Positions 8,270 through 15,793 of a stretch of 18,681 nucleotides of DNA are shown here, in pieces. The notes below the pieces were generated by a model. It was given only the letters and a program-made list of their open reading frames with translations. It had not been told where the DNA came from and made no database searches. The stretch lies in IMG/VR virus record IMGVR_UViG_3300025575_000276; one strand, written 5' to 3'. Each line of letters opens with the position of its first letter. The stretch's first letter is position 1. This DNA is from a virus (taxonomy: Duplodnaviria > Heunggongvirae > Uroviricota > Caudoviricetes). The translations under genes and the position numbers were made by a program.

Positions 8270-8800
8270 ATGGACAAAACCCAATTTATCCAATTTATCC
8301 GTAGAAACGGATGCAGAGTAGATGCAACAAAGCTACTCGCTATGCTTGATCAGGTGATCGAAGCAAACTTCAACATTGATGAAGAACTTATTGAATCTCC
8401 GGAAGTGGAGATTTCTGTTGAAGATTTGGAGACGATTGATCCTCCCACAGCAGACGACATCGAAGGTTTCCCAAGAGACAAGTTTACACCCACTGCTGAG
8501 AACCTGATACCAATTGAACCTCTTACTGAAGAAGAGATTCAGAGTATTAACAATATCGTGAAGACAAGGGAAGAAGTCGATCCTGAACCAAAGGAAGGTA
8601 TTATCAAGTTAGGTCACGAACATATTTTGAACAAGGTCAATTATACTGGAGGAAAAGAGTTTGCAGCCAACTTTGCTGATATTTCTCCAACTGGGCAGAA
8701 TCCAAGCCCATTTAAAGATCATGCCTCATTAGGTGTTACTTTAATACCTGAAGTAGTCCCAGAGAAAATGGATGAACCAGTTGCAGAAATAGCGGAGTAA
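8270..8800 (+). CDS. Acidic, probably largely disordered hypothetical protein (176 aa)
   Basis: Glu/Asp/Pro-rich after a short helical N-terminus. Followed by a strong terminator. Confidence 0.75.
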   Translation: MDKTQFIQFIRRNGCRVDATKLLAMLDQVIEANFNIDEELIESPEVEISVEDLETIDPPTADDIEGFPRDKFTPTAENLIPIEPLTEEEIQSINNIVKTREEVDPEPKEGIIKLGHEHILNKVNYTGGKEFAANFADISPTGQNPSPFKDHASLGVTLIPEVVPEKMDEPVAEIAE

Positions 8801-8823
8801 TAAAATTAAGGTGTAAACAAACG

Positions 8824-8861
8824 GCCCCCTGTAGCAATCGTCTACAGGGGGCTTTTTTTTT
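8824..8861. terminator. Intrinsic terminator between convergent genes, probably bidirectional
   Basis: 11-bp perfect stem GCCCCCTGTAG-CAATCGT-CTACAGGGGGC followed by 9 T. The T run overlaps the stop codon of the minus-strand nuclease gene. Confidence 0.88.
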
Positions 8862-9843
8862 AGTTAAGTTGGGCAGTGCTGTAGATCTGCCCTCTATTTG
8901 CTTCAAGGTAATTGTATATAAGCATAGCATCGTTGTAGTGATCCATAGGATTGATCTCAATAGTTTCAAACATACCTGTGTTCCTGTTACCCCAAAGAAG
9001 GAAGTTACTACCAAGTCCATAACCGGGATACAACTGGAGTACCATTAATTGATATAGGCAAAGTTGTAGTTGGTAATGGGTGATCGAGTGGTCCTTTACG
9101 TGAGGGATGATAAACTTGAACTTACCATAACTCTTATCCTCTAGGGAACCTGGTTTATGTTTATTGGTTTTGTAATCGAGGATGTGAATAAGTTTCCTCT
9201 GGTGATCAATCAACACAAGATCTGCTTGGCCAGCGATAAGCTCACACAAATGAAGTAAGGGTTCTGTGAAAACTTCGAAGCAAGCGAACTTGGGGAAATA
9301 ATTATTAAGTAAGTCCTGTAGGAAGTACTGAATAATTGGATGGTCAAGTTGGAACCTATCTCTACCATAATTATAGGTATCGATTGCAGGAAGGTTTCTA
9401 TTCTTTGCTCCATGTTCAAAAATTAAATGTGCCATCGAACCGTAAGTTGTTCCGGTAACATTTGTAATTTTCCAAGCTCTAAGAATTCTCTCTTGACGTT
9501 CTAATATCGAAATAAGATTCCAATTGCTTACATCAAGGTTGTCACATGTGTAATAATCCTTATTTGCGCATTGGAAGGATTTCAAGTTTTCATTAAAGGG
9601 CTCACACAACACACTTAAAAGTGTGGTGACAGAAATGACAGGTGTAAGAGTACTTCTCTTGAAATAAATGTGCTGTGAATCATTATACCAAAGATTTCCT
9701 GCATTCTTAAACTCAGGAGCAGTTTCTTTTGGGTCTAATCGATCCGGTAGGGTTATACCCTTTATTTTTGGTATTTGTGAATTAAGTTTACCTAATAATA
9801 TAGGTAAGGGAGTCTCTTCAATGATAGTAGATCTTAACAACAT
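8860..9843 (-). CDS. PD-(D/E)xK nuclease (RecB/Cas4-like exonuclease family)
   Basis: ISVTTLL, G..YGSMAH..FE, TE....IAGQADLV...ILDYKTNK, YQLQLCLYQL. No CRISPR array in the window. Confidence 0.88.
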   Translation of the reverse strand: MLLRSTIIEETPLPILLGKLNSQIPKIKGITLPDRLDPKETAPEFKNAGNLWYNDSQHIYFKRSTLTPVISVTTLLSVLCEPFNENLKSFQCANKDYYTCDNLDVSNWNLISILERQERILRAWKITNVTGTTYGSMAHLIFEHGAKNRNLPAIDTYNYGRDRFQLDHPIIQYFLQDLLNNYFPKFACFEVFTEPLLHLCELIAGQADLVLIDHQRKLIHILDYKTNKHKPGSLEDKSYGKFKFIIPHVKDHSITHYQLQLCLYQLMVLQLYPGYGLGSNFLLWGNRNTGMFETIEINPMDHYNDAMLIYNYLEANRGQIYSTAQLN

Positions 9844-10055
9844 TTTTTCCTTTCGTTTTTATTATTTTCTAACATAACATACTCTAGCTCTTTGTCCATT
9901 CGAGAAACTAGCGAAGTTTTAACTTCTTGAATATTGAATTGTATTGATTGGTCTTCAACAGACCCAGTTAGTGAGAATAGTGCAGTAGACAATACAAATG
10001 CCTTTCCAAGCAGTTCATTCATAAATTGAACTATCTCTTTTTCAGTAGATTTCAT
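9834..10055 (-). CDS. Small hypothetical protein (73 aa)
   Basis: Overlaps the nuclease start by 10 nt, consistent with coupling. Confidence 0.65.
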   Translation of the reverse strand: MKSTEKEIVQFMNELLGKAFVLSTALFSLTGSVEDQSIQFNIQEVKTSLVSRMDKELEYVMLENNKNERKKCC

Positions 10056-10093
10056 TAAGTTGTAGTCGTGGTTAGTACTATGATTATTGTGTA

Positions 10094-10252
10094 GTAAAAG
10101 TATGTCTTTATTTACATACTCGATTACTTTTTAATGTTATTTATACAAACTATAAACAACAAAAATAGGCTTGTTAAAGTAATATTAAGATTTTTTATTG
10201 AATATTTTATGCATTGGTTAACCTATATTACGAAATAATGTCATACCTTTAC
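10094..10252. promoter_or_regulatory. Divergent promoter region with a shared 11-nt motif
   Basis: CATACTTTTAC on the minus strand (10094-10104) and CATACCTTTAC on the plus strand (10242-10252). Both resemble the Bacteroidota -7 box (TAnnTTTg) and each lies a few tens of nt upstream of a divergent gene. Confidence 0.5.
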
Positions 10253-10277
10253 ATTATAATTTTTCAATACAACAATA

Positions 10278-11582
10278 ATGAACAGTAATCAAACTAATTG
10301 GATCTTTATTCCGGGGTTCGATGAACACTATAAACTGTATAAAGACGGTAAAGTGGTGTCATTGCACAACAATGTGGAGGCAGAACTGAAACCATTTATA
10401 GCTAATGGGTATTATTCAGTTGCTCTCTCTCTCTCAGGGACTAAAAGAGTACATCCTATCCATAAACTAGTAGCAACTGCATTCCTACCTAATCCAAAGG
10501 GATTAACTCAAGTACTCTTTAAAGAAGACGACGTTTCAAAATTTAATGCTGAGAACCTCGAATGGGGTACAAGGTCTGAATTACTCTCCAGAAGGAAAGG
10601 TGGTCAATTCAATAAGAAGAATAAATTTACTGAAGATAACGAACTCCCGGAAAGGGCTAACATTTCATCCTCAAGCATGGTACTTTCTGACACGAAACTT
10701 GTCAAAAAGACGGAGAATAGAATTGATAAAGAGTATCGAACTCTAGCCTTAAAAAAGAAAAAAGTAAAGTCCAAGTACGAAAGCCAGAGGAATAAACTCT
10801 ACAATGAGACAACTCTAAAAAAAGAAACCATTAAGAATAGCACTGCCCTTAATAAAGAAGCAAAACTTCGGGAAATAGAGACAGCCTATACCTTTAAATT
10901 GAATAGGATTAATAAAAGGGAACGAGATCAACTATTTGTTCTTTCTAAAGAAGTAGTTGCTGGATCTCAGGTTAAACTTGAAACTAATCGATACTTCAAA
11001 TATAAAGGAGAATTCAACAAAATAACAGACACTGGAGATTCTTTAATTATAAGAGTTAAGGGAGACGATAAATGGGACACAATTCCCGTTGCTAAAATTA
11101 TTCTTGAAGACATGATGGGCCAACTTAAACCCGGAAAAGGTTACTTTGTAGGTTATAAGGATTTTGACTACAGGAATATTTCTGATCTCAATCTAATTTG
11201 GGAAACCGGTCCTCAGAAACATGCTCGTTACTATGCTTTAATGCCTGTCTCCAAGATAACTAAAGTATCAAAGGTTAAGGATAGTAATACCTATAATATA
11301 AACCCTTTAAAAGAGAAGGAGATTTTGACCTTTCTTGAGAAGGGAAATAGTATAAGAGTTGTTGCTAGAAAAATAGGAATACCATTTTGGACAGTTTACC
11401 GATATTGTAAGGAAAAAGGACTTGTTTCTAACTCCCCTCCAAGTAAACTAGATGAAATTAAATCTCTCCATGAAGAAATAGTCGAAAGACTTAAATCCGG
11501 AAAGTCTAAACAAAGTATTGTAGATGAATTTGACTTTTCAAGAACAATGTTCTACAAGTACTGTGAAGACATGGAAATATAG
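10278..11582 (+). CDS. NUMOD4 / tandem degenerate-HNH / double-HTH DNA-binding protein
   Basis: N-terminal NUMOD4-like WIFIPGFDEHYKLYKDGKVVS. HNH-like 1: IHKLVATAFLPNP...VLFKEDDVSKFNAENLEW. Basic coiled coil. HNH-like 2: VGYKDFDYRNISDLNLIW. Two C-terminal HTHs (SIRVVARKIGIPFWTVYRY; SKQSIVDEFDFSRTMFYKY). Confidence 0.82.
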   Translation: MNSNQTNWIFIPGFDEHYKLYKDGKVVSLHNNVEAELKPFIANGYYSVALSLSGTKRVHPIHKLVATAFLPNPKGLTQVLFKEDDVSKFNAENLEWGTRSELLSRRKGGQFNKKNKFTEDNELPERANISSSSMVLSDTKLVKKTENRIDKEYRTLALKKKKVKSKYESQRNKLYNETTLKKETIKNSTALNKEAKLREIETAYTFKLNRINKRERDQLFVLSKEVVAGSQVKLETNRYFKYKGEFNKITDTGDSLIIRVKGDDKWDTIPVAKIILEDMMGQLKPGKGYFVGYKDFDYRNISDLNLIWETGPQKHARYYALMPVSKITKVSKVKDSNTYNINPLKEKEILTFLEKGNSIRVVARKIGIPFWTVYRYCKEKGLVSNSPPSKLDEIKSLHEEIVERLKSGKSKQSIVDEFDFSRTMFYKYCEDMEI

Positions 11583-11694
11583 TTCCAAAAAAGGAACGTT
11601 AAATGGAACTACAAAAATCTACTAAAAAGTGGCCATATGTAGTTCCATTATCTCGTTCCATTAATAAGTTCCATAAAATCCCTTTAATAGAACT
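11581..11694. promoter_or_regulatory. res-like multi-subsite recombination / operator region for the serine recombinase
   Basis: GTTCCA or its complement occurs five times (11582, 11604, 11642, 11655, 11668), plus variants GGAAC (11593) and TAGAACT (11688). A 30-bp dyad AGTTCCA...TGGAACT (11581-11610, central AA). A 12-bp perfect IR AATGGAACTACA (11602-13) / TGTAGTTCCATT (11638-49). A 28-bp dyad AGTTCCA...TAGAACT (11667-94) immediately before the ATG. Confidence 0.75.
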
Positions 11695-11697
11695 AAT

Positions 11698-12264
11698 ATG
11701 ATAATAGGATACGCTAGAGTTTCTACTAAAGATCAAAATTTAGATCTTCAACTCAACGCACTTAAAACTGCCGGGTGTGAAAAAATTTACAAAGAAAAAA
11801 TGAGTGCTGTTAAAGATCGTCCAGAACTTGAGGCTATGCTCTCAGAATTGAGATCTGGAGATACAGTTATTGTATGGAAACTTGATCGACTAGGAAGGTC
11901 ATTAAAACATCTGGTAGATTTAGTTGCCATCTTCAACAAAAGAAATGTTGACTTCGTAAGTTTAAGTGATAGTATAAATACGACAACTCCTCAAGGAAGA
12001 TTAGTGTTTAACTTGTTCGCTTCTTTTGCGGAGTTTGAAAGGGAGTTAATAACTGAACGTACCAGAGCAGGAATAGCTGCTATGAAACTTCGTAATCCCG
12101 GAGGAGGAAGAGTCCGTGGATTAAGTAAAGATAATTTAACAAAAGTGGCACTGGTTAAAAGTATGTCTCAAAGAGGGGAAATGAAACCGGCAGATATTTA
12201 TAAAAGTCTTGGTATTGGAAAGACAACTTTTTACAGGTATCTCCAGATGGAAAATATTTCTTAG
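11698..12264 (+). CDS. Small serine recombinase (resolvase/invertase, Hin/Pin/TnpR family)
   Basis: GYARVST (catalytic Ser), DRPEL, VWKLDRLGRS, FAEFERELITERT.AG, and a C-terminal HTH ending GKTTFYRY. Confidence 0.95.
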   Translation: MIIGYARVSTKDQNLDLQLNALKTAGCEKIYKEKMSAVKDRPELEAMLSELRSGDTVIVWKLDRLGRSLKHLVDLVAIFNKRNVDFVSLSDSINTTTPQGRLVFNLFASFAEFERELITERTRAGIAAMKLRNPGGGRVRGLSKDNLTKVALVKSMSQRGEMKPADIYKSLGIGKTTFYRYLQMENIS

Positions 12265-12510
12265 AATCAAATAGGGTTCAGTGTAAATATTAATTGGGGT
12301 AACATAAGTTGTTATTCCTAAAAAAAAAGGTTCAAATCGATCTAAAAATTTGTCCAATTTTGAGGTTTCAAAAAAATAAATGTGCGGTTCATCCAAAAAA
12401 AGAGGGGGTTCATACAATAACTTGAGGATTTACTTGCTTTATTAAAAATAAATATTAAACCTTTATAATACTGCAATCAATTTATTTTTTAATCTCAATC
12501 AATATTTAAT

Positions 12511-13095
12511 ATGGAAAATATCAAGTGTCCTAAATGTGGATCAGAGCAAATCACAGCAAACAAAAAAGGGTTTAGCGGTAAAAAAGCAGTAGTAGGTGGT
12601 TTACTTACCGGAGGCATAGGACTACTCGCAGGAACAATTGGCAGCAACAAAGTAAAAATTACTTGCTTGGCGTGTGGGAATGTATTTAACCCAGGTGAAC
12701 AAAAAGTTACCTATCCGGTAAGACCTCACTCAAATTTAACCATAAAATCAGACCCCGAAAAAGATGCACAAATTATTGAAACCGCAAAACTGAAAGGAAA
12801 ACTTGAAGCGGTTAATGTTTGTAAATCGCTTTATGTAACAGAACTTAAAACCTCAATGGATCATGTTAACGAAATAACTAAAGGTTTAGACATTCCAAAA
12901 CCAGTTGTCCAAAAACCTATCTTAGCAAAAGTCATGCTTTTAATATTTATGATAATTTGCTCATTTACTGTTTTGATAGCGGCAACCTTAGAAGGATGGA
13001 CTACTTTTACTATTTTCCTTATTTTGGATATTTTCTTTTTTGTGATGTACAGAAATGTAATAAGGGGGTATAAAGAAAATAAAGGAGTTTACTAA
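12511..13095 (+). CDS. Zn-ribbon (LITAF-like) membrane protein
   Basis: CPKCGS...Gly-rich hydrophobic segment (AVVGGLLTGGIGLLAGTIG)...CLACG. A central helical segment loosely resembles the ribosomal L7/L12 C-terminal domain (KLEAVNVCKSLYVTELKTSMDHV). Two C-terminal hydrophobic helices. Confidence 0.7.
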   Translation: MENIKCPKCGSEQITANKKGFSGKKAVVGGLLTGGIGLLAGTIGSNKVKITCLACGNVFNPGEQKVTYPVRPHSNLTIKSDPEKDAQIIETAKLKGKLEAVNVCKSLYVTELKTSMDHVNEITKGLDIPKPVVQKPILAKVMLLIFMIICSFTVLIAATLEGWTTFTIFLILDIFFFVMYRNVIRGYKENKGVY

Positions 13096-13272
13096 TTCAA
13101 CGCCAATGAAAAATAAAAAACCATTTCCATTGCTCAATTCTATTACTAAAGGCTATTTTATATTTTGTACTTTGGTTGAAAGTAATATTTAACTGCCTAT
13201 TATTTGGTTTTTTTTTCATAATCATAAATCAATTTAATACTTTTATAGAAACTTAATCCTAAAACCAAATCC

Positions 13273-14739
13273 ATGAAAATCAATCGTGCGATTTACCCGG
13301 TACTACTCTCCGGACTATTGTTAACAATAGCGTTTAGTTGCAAAAAAGAATCCCCCAAGGCAGTTCCTTCCATTACAATTGCAACAGTAACTAATATCAC
13401 AGCAAATACGGCCATATCTGGAGGAGAGGTTACATCAGATGGTGGAGCTGCTGTTACCACCCGTGGAGTTTGTTGGAGTGTCAACCAGAACCCAACAATA
13501 GTAGATAGCAAAACTAGTGATGGTGCGGGAATTGGAAGTTTCACGAGTTCCATTACAGGATTAAAGCCAGGTGTTACCTATTATTTTAAGGCTTATGCCA
13601 TTAATGCGGTAGGAACGACTTACAGTAGTCAGATAATATGTTTAACTTTAACTTTGGCACCAGTTTTGACAACTATAGATTTATCTTCTGTTACATCCAC
13701 AACCGCCAGTAGTGGTGGTAATATCACATCAGATGGTGGTTCTGTTATAACTGCAAGGGGTGTTGTGTGGGGCACAATTTCAGAACCCACTATTTCATTA
13801 AGTACCAAAACAATTAATGGAACAGGTATAGGTAACTTTACAAGCAATATAACTGGACTTAACCCAGGTGCCACTTATTATATTAGAGCTTATGCTACTA
13901 ATAGCGTTGGAACAGGTTATGGAAATCAGGTAACTGCAACCACAACTGCTATTTTACCATCAATAACCACCAATATGGTTTCAGTCATTACATCGACAAC
14001 AACAACTTGCGGAGGAAATATAACATCTGACGGTGGTACACCAATTTTAGCATGTGGAGTTTGTTGGAATACAACAACCGGACCGACAACAGCGTTAATC
14101 ACCAAAACCTCAGATGGAATAGCCACTGGTAATTTTAACAGCAATTTAACAGGGCTTACTTATAGTACTACTTATTATATAAGAGCCTATGCGACAAATA
14201 GTGTGGGTACAGTGTATGGTAATGAGGTGAGTTTTACAACAACTCCATTATTTATTGGTGATAGCTATCAAGGGGGTAAAGTGGCTTATATTTTGCAATC
14301 AGGCGACCCTGGATATATTACAAGCCAAACTCACGGATTAATAGCTGCACTAAGTGACCAAGCAACATACACAGAACAATGGTACAATGGGAGTTATACC
14401 ACTACTGGTGCAACAGCAACAGTATTAGGTTCAGGAAGTGCAAATACCAGAGCCATTATTTTAAGTCAAGGGAATACTGTTTATGGATATGCAGCACAAT
14501 TATGTAGAGGTTATAACGGAGGTGGTTATGTAGATTGGTATTTACCAAGTAAAGATGAATTATACAAACTATACATCAATAAGTTGATTATTGGTGGTTT
14601 TCAAGATAGCAACGCCTATTGGAGTTCCAGCGAAGCTAGTGATGTTCTTGCATGGGTCCAAGCATTCGCTGGCAGTGGTTTACAAACAACCCATTACAAA
14701 GACATTACCCACTCCGTTCGTGCCGTTAGGTCTTTTTAA
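13273..14739 (+). CDS. Surface lipoprotein with three FN3-like repeats and a C-terminal DUF1566 (Lcl / C-type-lectin-like) domain
   Basis: Signal peptide with lipobox AFSC (Cys23) followed by KKES. Three Thr/Gly-rich repeats. C-terminal DWYLPSKDEL...YWSSSE...AW...VRAVRSF. Confidence 0.85.
   Translation: MKINRAIYPVLLSGLLLTIAFSCKKESPKAVPSITIATVTNITANTAISGGEVTSDGGAAVTTRGVCWSVNQNPTIVDSKTSDGAGIGSFTSSITGLKPGVTYYFKAYAINAVGTTYSSQIICLTLTLAPVLTTIDLSSVTSTTASSGGNITSDGGSVITARGVVWGTISEPTISLSTKTINGTGIGNFTSNITGLNPGATYYIRAYATNSVGTGYGNQVTATTTAILPSITTNMVSVITSTTTTCGGNITSDGGTPILACGVCWNTTTGPTTALITKTSDGIATGNFNSNLTGLTYSTTYYIRAYATNSVGTVYGNEVSFTTTPLFIGDSYQGGKVAYILQSGDPGYITSQTHGLIAALSDQATYTEQWYNGSYTTTGATATVLGSGSANTRAIILSQGNTVYGYAAQLCRGYNGGGYVDWYLPSKDELYKLYINKLIIGGFQDSNAYWSSSEASDVLAWVQAFAGSGLQTTHYKDITHSVRAVRSF
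13366..14245 (+). repeat. Three tandem intragenic FN3-like repeats of about 98-99 aa
   Basis: Repeat starts at Pro32, Pro130 and Pro229. Each has GG.(V/I)TSDGG...GV(C/V)W...PT...KT..G...G.F.S..TGL....TYY..AYA.N.VGT. Confidence 0.88.
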
Positions 14740-14813
14740 TAATTTGAAAAACAAGTAGTTGATAATGCAGGGTTTCTATTCCTGAAATATAAACTATTAC
14801 TAAAATAATAAAA

Positions 14814-15092
14814 ATGGAACAATTTAATTTAAGTGACTATTCAAATCTTTCAACGGACAAAATTTTAAAAATCAAGTTAAAGAAAGATAATAAATTTATC
14901 TATGGTACAATTATAAGGACAGGTATGCTTACTAAACCAACTGATAAACCTTTAAATAAAGGTATTTGGAAGGATTTCAATAAAATTAATGACTTTGATA
15001 ATTATAGGGAAGACAAACTAACTTACAATGATTTTACTTTACTGAAAATAACAGGATCTGAAATTGAAGACATTGAAATAATTACAGTGTAA
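14814..15092 (+). CDS. Hypothetical protein (92 aa)
   Basis: Very AT-rich ORF with an A-rich leader. No motif recognised. Confidence 0.65.
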   Translation: MEQFNLSDYSNLSTDKILKIKLKKDNKFIYGTIIRTGMLTKPTDKPLNKGIWKDFNKINDFDNYREDKLTYNDFTLLKITGSEIEDIEIITV

Positions 15093-15113
15093 CAATACAC
15101 CCATAATAATTAT

Positions 15114-15157
15114 GACTTCCTATTGTTCACACAACTCGGTATGAAGTCCTTTTTTTT
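15114..15157 (+). terminator. Possible intrinsic terminator
   Basis: GACTTC (15114-19) / GAAGTC (15143-48) with a long loop, followed by C and 8 T. Confidence 0.4.
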
Positions 15158-15242
15158 AATCAAAAAGCTGCATTAAATACTTAAATTTAGCAACTTAAAT
15201 AAATACAATCGAAAAAGGGATAAACAAATCATTAATAACAAT

Positions 15243-15665
15243 ATGATGAAAGGTAAAACTCCATTTGATAAAATTGACACTATTTTAGAATATATCTGCA
15301 AAGCAGACAACCCTCCTTTTAGAACAGACGGGCAAATCTACAAAGACAATGGGTTTGATAATAATTCTAAAGAACTTTTTGAAATTCTATTAAAACTTGA
15401 GAAGGACAACTATATTGATAAACAAATTGGCTCTCCAAATAGTAAATACTATTCAACTTTTGAAGGACAAATGTTTTTAACAAAAGGTGCTTATAAACAA
15501 AACCAATCAGAAGAAGAACAAAATAGAGCAAAAATAAACCGGATTGAAAAAATCACAATAAGAAATAATAATGTTTTGACTTACGGAACTGTCTGTGGAA
15601 GTCTAATTGCTTTTTTACTTCTTTTTCTTGAAATTTTTAAATATCTATCTTGTGAATGCAAATGA
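15243..15665 (+). CDS. Putative winged-helix protein with C-terminal transmembrane helix
   Basis: wHTH-like ELFEILLKLEKDNYI...YYSTFEGQMFL..G, then a coiled coil, then hydrophobic VLTYGTVCGSLIAFLLLFLEIF. Confidence 0.6.
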   Translation: MMKGKTPFDKIDTILEYICKADNPPFRTDGQIYKDNGFDNNSKELFEILLKLEKDNYIDKQIGSPNSKYYSTFEGQMFLTKGAYKQNQSEEEQNRAKINRIEKITIRNNNVLTYGTVCGSLIAFLLLFLEIFKYLSCECK

Positions 15666-15793
15666 CAGTTAGATAATATGAATTAACCTAAATTAGCTTC
15701 ACGGGGTCGTCCTAACTTGAAACCATTGTATAATCGGTAAATAACACTGCACAGTTTTCTTTATAGGGAACTAGTTCACTGAAATAATCAAAT

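Larger units (their letters stand above)
1..11582. mobile_element. Large phage / phage-plasmid-like replication and nucleotide-metabolism region (likely Bacteroidota host)
   Basis: Tightly packed, often translationally coupled small hypotheticals mixed with ligase, DEDDh exonuclease, NrdJ, PD-(D/E)xK nuclease and a NUMOD4/HNH protein. No housekeeping operons. No structural or terminase genes are in the window, so phage versus large plasmid/ICE cannot be settled. Confidence 0.72.

Noticed and set aside
8860-9843. CRISPR-Cas4 adaptation locus
   Set aside because: No repeat-spacer array or other cas gene, and I could not identify the Cas4 four-Cys Fe-S arrangement. Treated as a phage PD-(D/E)xK exonuclease.
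10062-10087. G-U-rich hairpin containing CGTGGTTAG, resembling the start of a pistol ribozyme
   Set aside because: The downstream pistol elements are absent, the pairing depends on several wobbles, and the strand is opposite to the adjacent gene.
1-11582. Stop-codon reassignment as seen in some Bacteroidota phages
   Set aside because: Long genes are uninterrupted in the standard code, and TAG is used as a real stop (2233, 11582).
15703-15741. GGGGTCGTC start resembling a Tn21/Tn3-family terminal inverted repeat, with TAACTTGA shared with 12404-12425
   Set aside because: Only 9 nt match, the 12.4 kb copy is in direct orientation, and there is no inverted partner or transposase in the window.
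15768-15777. Palindrome GAACTAGTTC as a second res/hix site
   Set aside because: The half-sites abut with no spacer, unlike the 28-30 bp dyads. It is more likely a small operator or chance.
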